Positions 46,380 to 56,374 of a DNA stretch of 64,000 bases are shown piece by piece. A program made the translations under genes and the position numbers. Source of the stretch: a virus (Duplodnaviria > Caudoviricetes). The DNA lies in IMG/VR virus record IMGVR_UViG_3300013121_000046. One strand, 5' to 3'. Under the pieces are notes generated by a model. That model ran no database searches, was not told the origin of the DNA, and was given only the letters and a program-made list of their open reading frames with translations. Each line of letters opens with the position of its first letter. Positions within the stretch are counted from its first letter, which is position 1.

Positions 46380-47230
46380 GGCATCCTTCCGAAGCTCGCG
46401 GGAAACTCTCGCCATTCCCGGCCGTCGAGCATGGCACCGGCCAATTTCTTGCCAACCCGACTGCTCACCGTGCCGTCCTGCCACAGAAAATTATGGCCAC
46501 AGCCTGGATGCTCGCCGCGTTCCGTCGGAACCCACTCGCCCCATTGCTTGAAAAAGAACGGGACGTGCCACTCGCATTGATCGCGAATAGACTTCACCCA
46601 CGCGGGGTGCATCGGGCGCGCATTGGGCCCGCTCTCGCCGCCTACAATGATCCACTGGACGATTTCGGAGAGTTCCCAACTCGGCGACCAAATTCGATCG
46701 AGCGGGCCGAGGAGCGGCTCCGCCGACAGAAACAGGCCGCCGAAGCTGTGCCTCACCGCCTGCGCCTGCGACAGTCTCGTCAGGTACTCTGCGCTCTCGA
46801 CGCTCACGCCGAGCCACGCATTGGGCCACCACTCGCGAGTCGAGGCCAGGCTGACAAGCCGCTCGACGTTCTCCGGCCGCTTGGTCAACAGCAGCCAAAC
46901 GAGGTGCGGCGTCCGTTCGATCAGTCCGAACAGCCGCCGTCTCGGCACCTCCAAGTCGGGTCGATCCTCGAACACATCGGCCAGGCTCGCGCAAAACACC
47001 AGCCGTCGCTCTCCGGCCAGGTTGGCCGCCCGGTCCCACACCAACGGTTGCCGCCAATAACTCTCAGCCGCTACGACTCGCGTTCCGTCGGGCCCCCACT
47101 CACCGAGCACACGGGGATTGCGCTTGCTCAGCGTCTCCGCGTAGCAATGTTGGCACCCCGGCGAGACCTTTGCGCAGCCACGCCAGGGGTTGAACGTGTA
47201 ATCGGCCCACTCGATTTTTGTTTCAGCCAC
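46376..47230 (-). CDS. phage Gp37/Gp68 (DUF5131) family protein
   Basis: TKIEWADYTFNPWRGCAKVSPGCQHCYAE, LLTKRP, SAEPLLG, VGGESG, FFKQWG. Confidence 0.92.
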   Translation of the reverse strand: MAETKIEWADYTFNPWRGCAKVSPGCQHCYAETLSKRNPRVLGEWGPDGTRVVAAESYWRQPLVWDRAANLAGERRLVFCASLADVFEDRPDLEVPRRRLFGLIERTPHLVWLLLTKRPENVERLVSLASTREWWPNAWLGVSVESAEYLTRLSQAQAVRHSFGGLFLSAEPLLGPLDRIWSPSWELSEIVQWIIVGGESGPNARPMHPAWVKSIRDQCEWHVPFFFKQWGEWVPTERGEHPGCGHNFLWQDGTVSSRVGKKLAGAMLDGREWREFPASFGRMP

Positions 47231-47645
47231 AACCGATCTCCTTGGGCCACTCCGTAACCACCTCGGCTGCAACGTCCAAATACCGCAGTATGTCGTCTAC
47301 CGTACGCCTCGGATGGTCGTGCCAATAACTAAATCTCCCCTTAATTCCCATCACCCTATTGGCTCTGGGGATGATCGTCTCCCTTAATATCCGCTCGACT
47401 CGCTCGCGGTTGTCCAGCAGCAGAAGAGAATGACGGTCGATTGCCAGAAATAACGCCCCCTCGACAGTCCACCGAACGGCGGAATGGTCAATTACGGGGT
47501 GTACCACCCGCCAGTTTTTGTCTACTGCGTAACGCGGATAGCCGGAGCCACGCCGGTTTCGTGTCGAGTACATTCGACACCAGCCCGTCTCAAGGGTTAA
47601 TTTCGCATCCTCGATGATGCTCAGCAGGGCCTTGTTCATGTTCAT
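47223..47645 (-). CDS. DUF6197-like phage protein
   Basis: GWCR...WTVEGAL...WHDHPRRTVDDIL; same pattern as 52880..53299. Confidence 0.6.
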   Translation of the reverse strand: MNMNKALLSIIEDAKLTLETGWCRMYSTRNRRGSGYPRYAVDKNWRVVHPVIDHSAVRWTVEGALFLAIDRHSLLLLDNRERVERILRETIIPRANRVMGIKGRFSYWHDHPRRTVDDILRYLDVAAEVVTEWPKEIGCG

Positions 47646-47647
47646 CG

Positions 47648-48016
47648 CTAAACAGCCCCCATCACATAGTAGTCGATACCAACCACCGACTGCCGCCACG
47701 GTGGGACAGACCGAACCGCCGCGATCCGCAAGGCCATTTCGCGATCAAGCCACTCAATCACATGATCCCCGCTTGATGTTACCACATAGACCGGCGAGCC
47801 GGCCTCGCGGAGCTTGCTATCCGTCGCCCATTGGGGCTTGGTAGGCACGTACCCTGGCTGCTTGGCCTCGATCCAGAACGTAAGACCGTGCGGTGGGACA
47901 ATCACCATCAGGTCAGGGAGCCCGGCCCTTTGGGGCAGTACCAGCCATCCGTGGTCGCGCATTTTTTTGGACAACGCCGCGACGATTGTTGATTTTTTGG
48001 GTTCTGTTTTTTTCAT
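47648..48016 (-). CDS. VRR-NUC (PD-(D/E)xK) nuclease
   Basis: KKSTIV...GLPDL...FWIEAK.PG..PTKPQ. Confidence 0.8.
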   Translation of the reverse strand: MKKTEPKKSTIVAALSKKMRDHGWLVLPQRAGLPDLMVIVPPHGLTFWIEAKQPGYVPTKPQWATDSKLREAGSPVYVVTSSGDHVIEWLDREMALRIAAVRSVPPWRQSVVGIDYYVMGAV

Positions 48017-48186
48017 GTAGGAATCCTCATCCTGTACCCGCCGGTTCGCTCGCCGGCGATTATCAGCCGATTACGGGCTCGGCTGCAAGCCACGTATGCC
48101 ATCCACTCTTATTCAATAAACACAATGAACTACTACCACTGGAAAATGTATTCGGTCACGGCTTGACCAACAATTTGTCACTTGTG

Positions 48187-48678
48187 CTACTGCCGAAATA
48201 CTCGCGTCCATCCACAGCACGGGCCGGATACACCTTCCTGATTCCACCATTCCATGTCGTTATCATCATAAAGTTCCGCACCACACAAAACACACGACGC
48301 GGTAGACGGGTAACCGGCCGCTAACAGCGTCTCAACCACTGAGAAGCTCGGCTCAAAAAGCCCACATTTATTGCCTTGCCACCGCCGCCAAATGGAGATA
48401 GGGAACACCGGTTCGTCTTCGCACCAGCGAATAAGCAGAGCCAGCGCCGCAGCCGCAGCGATTCCGTAACCCCAGTTCTTGTACCAAACTGGATAAAAAG
48501 CTTTCCCGCAAGTCTCCCAGGGTCTCAAGTACCGCTTATCATTTTCGTGGGCCCAGGTTACGCACAAGCCACGATACGTAGTCACAATCTGAGTGTTCCC
48601 GGCAAATGCCGAAAGCACTTGATTGGCTGCAAGAATCCTCGCATCTTTGTCGCGATCCCTCTTCGATGCTTTTTTCAT
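48187..48678 (-). CDS. hypothetical protein with C-terminal Cys motif
   Basis: 163-aa ORF, CVLCG...GPCC. Confidence 0.6.
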   Translation of the reverse strand: MKKASKRDRDKDARILAANQVLSAFAGNTQIVTTYRGLCVTWAHENDKRYLRPWETCGKAFYPVWYKNWGYGIAAAAALALLIRWCEDEPVFPISIWRRWQGNKCGLFEPSFSVVETLLAAGYPSTASCVLCGAELYDDNDMEWWNQEGVSGPCCGWTRVFRQ

Positions 48679-48764
48679 CCCTTCAACCTTCTCGCCTTTC
48701 CTATACCTTCAGACAATACGAAAACGGCAGCCCCCGTAACACTAAGTATTATTCCTAACAATAG

Positions 48765-48850
48765 TAGCCGAGGCGGGACTTGAACCCGCACAGGGGTTAC
48801 CCCCCACCGGATTTTAAGTCCGATGCGTCTGCCTATTCCGCCACTCGGCC
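48765..48850 (-). tRNA. tRNA-Leu (UAA)
   Basis: GGCCGAG acceptor, TCGGA-CTTAAAA-TCCGG, long variable arm, GGTTCAAGTCC. Confidence 0.92.
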
Positions 48851-48875
48851 AAAAATTCACTTAAAAAAACGACCA

Positions 48876-49304
48876 CTATCGCTTCTGAACCCAGTATTTC
48901 TCAATAAATCCCGCTATAACCTTAAAGGATACCCCCGAATCGTTAGCCTGAGCTAAGTCAACACAACAATATCCTTGGTATTCTGGCAACTTTTTATACG
49001 TATCAAAATTAGGCGACTTCTTAAAGAGCCCCCCAGGGGAATTCAACCCCAACCAGTCACAAACCACTTTATTTTTCCCAGATAGGACTAAATTACCAGA
49101 TCTGCCGAGGCTCTTTCCCTTGTTCTCATACTTCTCGTAAAGTTCCTTAGCCACACCCAAACAGCAGTATAGGCATTCCTCAGGATGTACTACATCCCGC
49201 TGCTTAAGCTTGCTCTTTCCCTGCTTGTATTTCCCAGATCGTAAGGCATTAATCCAAAGCCTTAATGCCTGACCTGGAGTCTTATTGAATTTCTTTTTGG
49301 GCAT
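48876..49304 (-). CDS. conserved phage hypothetical protein
   Basis: WINALRSGKYKQG..L...YCCLGVA...ANDSGVSFKVIAGFIE motif. Confidence 0.75.
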   Translation of the reverse strand: MPKKKFNKTPGQALRLWINALRSGKYKQGKSKLKQRDVVHPEECLYCCLGVAKELYEKYENKGKSLGRSGNLVLSGKNKVVCDWLGLNSPGGLFKKSPNFDTYKKLPEYQGYCCVDLAQANDSGVSFKVIAGFIEKYWVQKR

Positions 49305-49354
49305 GTTCTAGTATCCTATTCTGAACCGAGACCGAAGAGTCGCTGCGGAATTAT

Positions 49355-50230
49355 CTAGCTATCCCCGTAAGACACATAGATCAAAGTAGACCTCAACGAA
49401 CCCATCAACCACTGAGATTTTACTGGAGCCCTTTCAAACTGCTTCAGAAGCTCTGGACCCTTAGCCTTAAACTCCTTTACAAACAGACTGCCAGCAAAAT
49501 ATTTTAGATACCGTGCAAGATTATACCTCGCATCAACATCCGCCACAGCAGCCAAAAATAATGCGGCAGCTATTCCCGTATCTACGGCAACATGCTCATC
49601 AGGATTCCGCCGAAAAACCCGGTTCTGACTAGAAATGCACACGATTTCAAACAGTGCCTGACAAACCTCAGCAGAGGGAATGGCTGCCCAATGGGGCGAA
49701 ACTAAGAGTTTTTTAGTCCAGGCCTGAATTATCTCACCCTCAATTTGCGAGGTAAAACGGCTCTTACCTGGGGACACTAACATCTCCCCCAGCGATTCAA
49801 AAGACTCCAACGGTGCAATATCCACGACCTTCCGAATAGCTGCTCTCACAGCATCCTTTATTTCCGGTGTCGTTGTATTTTTGTATGCGTGAATGTAACG
49901 CAAGAGTGTCGGTACAATCTTAGGATACATCGACAAGTAAAAATCAGTTTCCTCCGCCTGAAGGATCTGACTTGGGGTTATCCCATCCCCCCCAGCAACC
50001 AAGCTGTTATAAAGAACCTCGACCTTATCCGTTTCCTTACTCGGAAGCTTGGACTGCTCTTCAACTGCAACAGGGGCCGGGTCTTGATCGGCATTATCCC
50101 CATTGGGGAATAATGTGGCCGACATTTTTTGGACTGTATCAATAGCCGCCTGAAGTTCCCGAATTAACGATACGGGAAGACACACCTCTTTATGGGCTTT
50201 GGTAGGCACGGCAATTTTCCTCAGCATCAT
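49355..50230 (-). CDS. hypothetical helical protein
   Basis: 291-aa ORF behind promoter motif at 50257. Confidence 0.65.
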   Translation of the reverse strand: MMLRKIAVPTKAHKEVCLPVSLIRELQAAIDTVQKMSATLFPNGDNADQDPAPVAVEEQSKLPSKETDKVEVLYNSLVAGGDGITPSQILQAEETDFYLSMYPKIVPTLLRYIHAYKNTTTPEIKDAVRAAIRKVVDIAPLESFESLGEMLVSPGKSRFTSQIEGEIIQAWTKKLLVSPHWAAIPSAEVCQALFEIVCISSQNRVFRRNPDEHVAVDTGIAAALFLAAVADVDARYNLARYLKYFAGSLFVKEFKAKGPELLKQFERAPVKSQWLMGSLRSTLIYVSYGDS

Positions 50231-50315
50231 AAAATCGCATTGAATACCGCTACTCTTATATACCCAAAAATTTGTATCCTAGAGGTAATTCTAGTCAAAT
50301 ACCAGAAATAAAGTT

Positions 50316-50585
50316 CTATCCAACATTAACCGGAGACTCTAAAGTACCCCAAATAAACCAGTTAGGGTATGTCTTGGGATTTGCCCCTTCCCTGGAAAAC
50401 CAAATCCCCCAAATGTGGTAGTCCGGGTCCCAGAAAAATTCAAGAACCATAAGCTGTAAAGATGGGGAGATCCCTGGATAAGTACCTGTCCCATTCTTAT
50501 AAGCCCGAGGCCAATAGCTAAAAGTAAGCCCTGGGAACATTTTCTCAAGAAAATTCTGTATATGCTTGACCGAGTACATATGCAA
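50316..50585 (-). CDS. array B small protein
   Basis: MYSVKHIQNFLEK...YPNWF. Confidence 0.65.
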   Translation of the reverse strand: MHMYSVKHIQNFLEKMFPGLTFSYWPRAYKNGTGTYPGISPSLQLMVLEFFWDPDYHIWGIWFSREGANPKTYPNWFIWGTLESPVNVG

Positions 50586-50651
50586 TACAATCCCACAATA
50601 ACCAGCATTGAATAATATTGGGGTCCCCCCATGCCAACTCCCTTGCCTATT

Positions 50652-50999
50652 TTAAGCTGCTGGGGCTGGATCAAAAGGATCCAATTCCTGGGCATCCTGA
50701 AGTGGAGCCGGAACATATTTGGGGGCCGGAACCCATTTTCTCTTCCAAGGGAGGCACTTTGGCTCCTCTGCATTAATATCCTCTCCCTTGGCTGCCTCCT
50801 TTAGGCGAAGCTCAAGCTCCTCGACCCGTACCTCCAAGTCATGCAATCGCACAGCCTGAGCCTCATCCCTGGCTGTAGCTGCCCCGGCTTCTGCCTCAAG
50901 GGCTCGCACCCGGCACTGCCAAGCTTCTGAAAGCTCTATACCGCGAAAAGCAAACAAAAGCGAAGCTAAACCCAATACAAACTGCAAGAACATAGACAT
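50652..50999 (-). CDS. membrane-anchored coiled-coil protein
   Basis: Hydrophobic N-terminus then coiled coil; AGGAGG SD. Confidence 0.65.
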   Translation of the reverse strand: MSMFLQFVLGLASLLFAFRGIELSEAWQCRVRALEAEAGAATARDEAQAVRLHDLEVRVEELELRLKEAAKGEDINAEEPKCLPWKRKWVPAPKYVPAPLQDAQELDPFDPAPAA

Positions 51000-51005
51000 A
51001 CCTCC

Positions 51006-51287
51006 TCAGAGATTAAGACCAGACACATTGTATCCGCAGACCCTCAGAATTCTCTTGTTGGTGTTAAAGCTTTCCCAGACTCTGGTATAGTTATACCAAG
51101 TAAATATTTTAAGGTCGGGATCATTAGCCTCCCCATAGGCAAGAATAAAGCCTAAAAACCGTATCTCCCGACCTTGGGAATCCCGGTAATTTTGACCATT
51201 GTTAGTGGCAAAAAACACCGTTGGATTACCGTAAGCCGTCTCCCCTAACTTTTCTAGTAGCTTTTTTACCCCCTCCTTTGAGTACAT
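51006..51287 (-). CDS. array B small protein
   Basis: MYSKEGVKKLLEKLG head. Confidence 0.65.
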   Translation of the reverse strand: MYSKEGVKKLLEKLGETAYGNPTVFFATNNGQNYRDSQGREIRFLGFILAYGEANDPDLKIFTWYNYTRVWESFNTNKRILRVCGYNVSGLNL

Positions 51288-51303
51288 CTCAGCTATTCCC
51301 TAC

Positions 51304-51624
51304 TCAGACGGGGGTAAACTTCCGCCAAATTTTCCGTAGGTTTGACTCTATATCGATAAGACCCTTCTGGATGGGGGGGTCAGGTATATACTTAAGCGGA
51401 GGGAGATAGAGTGGAACATAATAAAAATACCACACTTTGTTCGATGCTAAACGTAGGACCAAACTCCCCGTAAAAGCTTCCGAAAGCACGATCTTCATTA
51501 TGCCGTCACTGTCATAACTCATACCCATTGTATACACAGCGGAACTACTGATCTTATCAATAATTCTGTACAGGTCATTCAGTGAGTATTTCATAGTTAC
51601 GCCCCTACAATAATACCCCGACAC
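51304..51624 (-). CDS. array B small protein (likely start MKYS)
   Basis: MKYSLNDLYRIIDK head. Confidence 0.65.
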   Translation of the reverse strand: MSGYYCRGVTMKYSLNDLYRIIDKISSSAVYTMGMSYDSDGIMKIVLSEAFTGSLVLRLASNKVWYFYYVPLYLPPLKYIPDPPIQKGLIDIESNLRKIWRKFTPV

Positions 51625-51687
51625 CCTAAGTTTTTTACAAGAGCCTATATGTCTTCGAGGGAATACTTCATGTCAACATCTATAACA

Positions 51688-52053
51688 CTAGACATGGTGA
51701 CTACCACTTGCCCCCTCGGGATATGGGTATCCCGATTCCCTAAAAACCTGATCGCTTTCACGCATAAAAACTAATCGCCACTCAGGTTTATTATAACATC
51801 CCATGTGACATAGATAGGCTGGGGCTAAATTCCCTAAACACAAAGTATAGAAATAGCAAGTTTCATGGGACAAAACACGACTTAAAGGAATTGATCGAGG
51901 AAAACGGCTATCTGCCCGATGAACTATAAGCTCGGGCTTCCCCAACAATTTCTTGTATAAGCTTATTACGATAGAGTCTGAGTAGTATATACCCAAGGCC
52001 ATAGAAACCCTTAACGAGATGAGTATGGGGCTACTTACCCCAAACAAAAACAC
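51688..52053 (-). CDS. array B small protein (likely start MALG)
   Basis: YYSDSIVISLYKKLLG head. Confidence 0.55.
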   Translation of the reverse strand: MFLFGVSSPILISLRVSMALGIYYSDSIVISLYKKLLGKPELIVHRADSRFPRSIPLSRVLSHETCYFYTLCLGNLAPAYLCHMGCYNKPEWRLVFMRESDQVFRESGYPYPEGASGSHHV

Positions 52054-52165
52054 TCATTACCATACAGAATATTACTACTGGTATAAGTAAAAGAATTGCC
52101 CCCACAAACACGACATGTCCCGGGGGATTGTTTTTAGACTTAAGATCGCTCATCTGCTTCTCCTG

Positions 52166-52438
52166 TTAGTTCTGAGATATTCTTAGGGCCTCATCAACCA
52201 ATTGACTAAGCTCTTCGGCAAAACCAACCTTACGACTATCAATATCTGGAGTATACTCCCCAGAGAAATCATCATCAATATATTGAAATAGTCGCATCCC
52301 ATATCCTGAGGAATTGATGTAAAGCTCAATTTCAAAACCTTCAGGAAGGGCCTTCGCCACCCGATCAATAAAATTCCTGAGCCCCGCCTCGTCGAATTGT
52401 TCGGCCAATTGTGTCAAATTCAATTTAGTATAAACCAT
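52166..52438 (-). CDS. hypothetical protein, paralog of the adjacent gene
   Basis: GLRNFIDRV..ALPEG...GFAEELSQL. Confidence 0.65.
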   Translation of the reverse strand: MVYTKLNLTQLAEQFDEAGLRNFIDRVAKALPEGFEIELYINSSGYGMRLFQYIDDDFSGEYTPDIDSRKVGFAEELSQLVDEALRISQN

Positions 52439-52469
52439 TAAATTAATCTCAGGAAGAGACTAACTCAAC

Positions 52470-52781
52470 TCAACCCAGTAAGTTTACAGACTGGGGCTTT
52501 TGATCGGTTGAATTTTGTTGACTTTCTTCTTCAATTGCGTCCAGCCGTTTCGCCTCTTGCATTAAACGAACAATCGCTTCTGCAAAACCCTCCTCATCAA
52601 TGGGTCCGTAGTCGGCATCTTCCCCATCAAAATCTTCTAGTGAGATACCGCCATAACCATTTTCTAAATGGGGTTTGATTACTAACCCAGGGGGTAACCC
52701 AGCACATATTTCATTAAGAAACTTTCGCAGCCCGATGGTATCAATAGCCGCCGCTAGTTCCTCAAGGGTTTCTCCGCTCAT
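52470..52781 (-). CDS. hypothetical protein, paralog of the adjacent gene
   Basis: GLRKFLNEI..GLPPG...GFAEAIVRL. Confidence 0.65.
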   Translation of the reverse strand: MSGETLEELAAAIDTIGLRKFLNEICAGLPPGLVIKPHLENGYGGISLEDFDGEDADYGPIDEEGFAEAIVRLMQEAKRLDAIEEESQQNSTDQKPQSVNLLG

Positions 52782-52879
52782 TCACTTCCTCCTAACCAAT
52801 AAAATTCCGGAGTCCCGCCCCATCAAATTCTCCTGCAATGAACAAGCACTTCCGCAAAATCCTCTTCAGCATTAAGGGG

Positions 52880-53299
52880 TCAACATCTCCCCTCAAAATC
52901 TTTTAACGAGATGCTGTCGCGTTCCTGGTTTCGCTCCGCATCTCTTTCAATTCGGCGAATTATCCGGTCGAGCACAGCCAAAACTTGCTGCTTAGTACGC
53001 CCTGGAACATCATTCCAGGTGAGTAGAAAATCGAACATATCCTCCTGATTCTTTGAGAAATATTTGGGCCGAATACACGCACAAAAATTTTCTAACCACT
53101 GCTCTTTTTTCTTAGTATTTTTAGGCTTTTCGTTACTAGCCGCAAGCAATGCGCCTAGAACACAAAATTTCTTCGCGTGTACACTGTAAGGGCTAATACG
53201 TTTTTCAGACCGTGTTCTCGCATATGTATATTGCGTCCAGCCTCGATCAATAAGCTTCCGTGCTCGTCGAAGAATTTTTACCTTATCTCTGGTTCTCAT
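52880..53299 (-). CDS. DUF6197-like phage protein
   Basis: RARKLIDRGWTQ...FCVLGAL...WNDVPGRTKQQVLAVLDR. Confidence 0.75.
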   Translation of the reverse strand: MRTRDKVKILRRARKLIDRGWTQYTYARTRSEKRISPYSVHAKKFCVLGALLAASNEKPKNTKKKEQWLENFCACIRPKYFSKNQEDMFDFLLTWNDVPGRTKQQVLAVLDRIIRRIERDAERNQERDSISLKDFEGRC

Positions 53300-53363
53300 A
53301 ATTTCATTCCTTCCTTTCTAATCCAGTACCCTGCCCAGTCAGCTAGGTATCCAACCACATCAC

Positions 53364-53630
53364 CTAGATAAGAATTCTTTTTCCGACACCCCTCTCCCAA
53401 ATATTATAACACCAACGGTAGCCCCGCATTGAATCTCCAATCAAAAAGATATAGGATAGAAAAGAGTGTAACCTAATCTCAATAGTGTACCGTATAAACT
53501 GAGGCTTAAATCCTTCCTTAAGGAGGTTATACTCAGTCTTTTTAACCTGCGACCATCTCTCCCATAATTTCATATCTTCTTCCAATTTTATATAAAGAAT
53601 ATAGATATCCCTTTGTGAATACCTACCCAT
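53364..53630 (-). CDS. array B small protein
   Basis: MGRYSQRDIYILYIK head. Confidence 0.6.
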   Translation of the reverse strand: MGRYSQRDIYILYIKLEEDMKLWERWSQVKKTEYNLLKEGFKPQFIRYTIEIRLHSFLSYIFLIGDSMRGYRWCYNIWERGVGKRILI

Positions 53631-53643
53631 AATCCACCCCTAA

Positions 53644-53688
53644 TAAAGACACCCTATCCAGAAGACTAGTCTAGATAGGGTGTCTTTA
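53644..53688. terminator. probable terminator
   Basis: 15-bp stem TAAAGACACCCTATC/GATAGGGTGTCTTTA. Confidence 0.7.
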
Positions 53689-53739
53689 TAGTACCTAGGT
53701 CAATTGTGGGTTTGAGATCGTGGTTCCCCACCCTCAAGA

Positions 53740-54603
53740 TTAGAGATCACGGGTGGACTTAGTTGCAGTCTTCACCTGTACCTCTTCTTTTTCATTTTCA
53801 TCCTCTTCATCCTCATCCGCCAGAAGCCTGCTCAGTCCCTGAAGGGCTTCCCCGGGGGGGATTCGGTTAATCATAATCTGAATGACCAACTCCTTCAGCA
53901 TCGCCACTGTATACCCATCAGTAGCTGGCCCTAACTGCTCAATTCCAGACTGAGAAACACCCCACCTATCCAACAGATACTCCCTCTGCGGAAGAGCCAG
54001 ACCCAGAACCTTAAAGCGACGATCAATTCGTCCCGGTCGCTTCGACACTCGATCCGGAATTCGCTCCAAATAGTTTGTTGTAGCAATCAAAACCGTCTGT
54101 GAACTAGCATCAGTCAAACCGTCTGTAAGCTGAAGAAATTCAGCTTCCTGATAGTTCAACATATTGTCCAGGTCTTCAATCAGGAGCAAAACTAGCCGGT
54201 TGTCAACCTCCCGGAGTTTTTCCATCGCTGAAATTATTCCCCGAGGGTTGCTCACCATAATCGCCAAACTGTTCTGAGCAATAAAATGTTTGGCAACCTG
54301 AAGCATCATGGTAGTTTTACCCGTCCCTGGGGGCCCATGAAGAAGGTATCCACGGCGATGCGGAAACCCTAACTTTTGGTACTCTTCAGCCTGACCTTGG
54401 AATCGTTTGATATCCTCAATCAAATCGTAGCCAGGGCCACCCAGAAGGTCCACAATCTCCCCCTGACGCATGATCTGTTCTTTGACCCACAACATCCCTG
54501 ATGGAGAAACCCCCATCTCATAAAGACCTGAGGGCAAATCCTGATAATGCGGCTTAGGGGGCAGAAGATAGTGAGTACTCTTTCTTCTATACCAGTTGCT
54601 CAT
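53740..54603 (-). CDS. AAA ATPase (BCS1/FtsH-like)
   Basis: RRGYLLHGPPGTGKT, LLIEDLD, IATTNY, RPGRIDR. Confidence 0.9.
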   Translation of the reverse strand: MSNWYRRKSTHYLLPPKPHYQDLPSGLYEMGVSPSGMLWVKEQIMRQGEIVDLLGGPGYDLIEDIKRFQGQAEEYQKLGFPHRRGYLLHGPPGTGKTTMMLQVAKHFIAQNSLAIMVSNPRGIISAMEKLREVDNRLVLLLIEDLDNMLNYQEAEFLQLTDGLTDASSQTVLIATTNYLERIPDRVSKRPGRIDRRFKVLGLALPQREYLLDRWGVSQSGIEQLGPATDGYTVAMLKELVIQIMINRIPPGEALQGLSRLLADEDEEDENEKEEVQVKTATKSTRDL

Positions 54604-54639
54604 AAGAACCTTTTCAGAGAGTAAAACTACCCAAAGTAA

Positions 54640-54885
54640 CTACTTTACCCAACCCATAGGAATAGTAAAAGACTTCCAGCCATGCTTGGGACTAGCCCGA
54701 TACCAATATATCACCGAATTTTCCCCCTCCTGAACAAAAAAATTATTGGTTTTCATCGAAAAGGGCCGAACTATCCCATACTCGGAAGAACTTCTTCGGA
54801 CTTTTCGCGGTTGCTCCCAGACTATGGATGCTGCCACTGGGGAAACCAAGGCCAGCCAAATCACCCAAAGAATAAAAAATCGCAT
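54640..54885 (-). CDS. small secreted protein
   Basis: Signal-peptide-like MRFFILWVIWLALVSPVAA. Confidence 0.55.
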   Translation of the reverse strand: MRFFILWVIWLALVSPVAASIVWEQPRKVRRSSSEYGIVRPFSMKTNNFFVQEGENSVIYWYRASPKHGWKSFTIPMGWVK

Positions 54886-54908
54886 CTAAAAGTCCCCCCC
54901 AAAAAATA

Positions 54909-55508
54909 CTAGAATCGAGACTCAATCCGGTCCTGCAAATCTTCCGATGGATAAACTCTTTCTCCAGAGATTACTCTCCCGTCGGGCAGTACCTCAACCT
55001 CCCACTCATGGACTTGGTAGATTCCATATTTTGAATGCCGAGAACACAAAGGATTATTAATCCCCTGCCTATACTCGGCTGCCACCGCTTCAGCTTCTTC
55101 TTTGCTCTGATAGAAACCCCGAGTAAACTCGTCCTCACAACAACAGGAACAGCCAGTGCTACACTCAATCACATATAAATTTTTGTTCTTGGGCTTACCC
55201 AACAGACTATTAATTTGCTGTTCTTGCCAAGCAATATGCTCCAAGAGTAATTGAGCCTCAACCAAATCAAACCAGTGATTTACTCCGTCGTATTGCAAAG
55301 ACCTAATCGCCTCAGTTTTCTCCATTGAGTCAGCAACCAACAGAGGTTCAGCCAAAGATTCCAAGATATTAGTACGATCTACCGGAACTACCCTAGACAT
55401 ACCTATCTTCTTAGACATTTTATTCCCAACTTTCAAAATACCTACCCCAAACCTCTTTATCGGCACACAGAAAGAAAAGAATCGCATCTTGCGGAACAAA
55501 AACCTCAC
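54909..55508 (-). CDS. hypothetical protein (likely start MSKKIG)
   Basis: STGCSCC motif. Confidence 0.6.
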   Translation of the reverse strand: MRFLFRKMRFFSFCVPIKRFGVGILKVGNKMSKKIGMSRVVPVDRTNILESLAEPLLVADSMEKTEAIRSLQYDGVNHWFDLVEAQLLLEHIAWQEQQINSLLGKPKNKNLYVIECSTGCSCCCEDEFTRGFYQSKEEAEAVAAEYRQGINNPLCSRHSKYGIYQVHEWEVEVLPDGRVISGERVYPSEDLQDRIESRF

Positions 55509-55770
55509 CCAACTCCTCTAGATCGAGAGAATCGCATCTTCCTGAAATAGGGCCAGACTTTGCTAGTTCACCTAACCCAGTTAAACTATATACCGTGGTT
55601 GTTCTTCGTACAATTTTCGCACCTATTAAGTTCAGGTTGAAGCTATCACCCGGAGCAGGTAGACCAGAAGGTATTTTTCCGACTAAAATCTCCGGACGTT
55701 TCTTAAAGACCACAAGAACTATCTGGGATACTCCCGACATCAGATTAACCATTGTTACAGTCTCGTTCAT
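55420..55770 (-). CDS. hypothetical protein
   Basis: 116-aa ORF. Confidence 0.5.
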   Translation of the reverse strand: MNETVTMVNLMSGVSQIVLVVFKKRPEILVGKIPSGLPAPGDSFNLNLIGAKIVRRTTTVYSLTGLGELAKSGPISGRCDSLDLEELGEVFVPQDAILFFLCADKEVWGRYFESWE

Positions 55771-56054
55771 TTCTAATGCTTACCGGTAACCCTCGATAAA
55801 ACCAAGTAGGAAAAATCCCCATTGATCCAGGGATACGGCATTGGGGAGGCCTCATACATTTTAAGACCCTTTAACACACCCAATACAAACGCTCTAATTT
55901 TCGGCAGTGACTAAAAACTCCAAAACCTACCGAAGTGCTGAGTAATCCACAGCATACTCATCAGGCTCATCGTAACCCTTGAGGACAGGATTTGTGCCCA
56001 CCCAGGCAAAATCTTTAACCGGTATCCCCAATTCCTCCATACCCCAAACAAAAT

Positions 56055-56354
56055 TCAAAATTGATAATACTCCATGCTATACTTAAACCACTCCGGGAGT
56101 CGTTTTCTAAGCTTATCTATTCTCAAATTAGCCTCAGGATACCCGGGAATCATCCCAAAACACCAATAAGTACCATTAAAAATTAGGCCTGATCCATAAT
56201 AAATATTCAACGGACCAAAAAAATCAACGCACAAATTAGGCCCGTAGTCTTTGTGAATATCCACAAAGACCAATCCAACCTTACTCAATACGCTAGCTAA
56301 ATACTCTACGGAATATAGGTCCTTTTGAGAATGGAGAAGATTACTAGCCATCAA
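56055..56354 (-). CDS. array B small protein
   Basis: LYSVEYLASVLSKVG...LPEWFKYSM. Confidence 0.7.
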   Translation of the reverse strand: MMASNLLHSQKDLYSVEYLASVLSKVGLVFVDIHKDYGPNLCVDFFGPLNIYYGSGLIFNGTYWCFGMIPGYPEANLRIDKLRKRLPEWFKYSMEYYQF

Positions 56355-56374
56355 ATTAGAAAGCCTTAGTTACA

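Noticed and set aside
46054-47257. Long plus-strand and alternate-frame ORFs in the GC island
   Set aside because: Antisense shadows of the pentapeptide and DUF5131 genes
48675-48860. 61-aa ORF
   Set aside because: Mostly overlaps tRNA-Leu; its translation is the tRNA sequence
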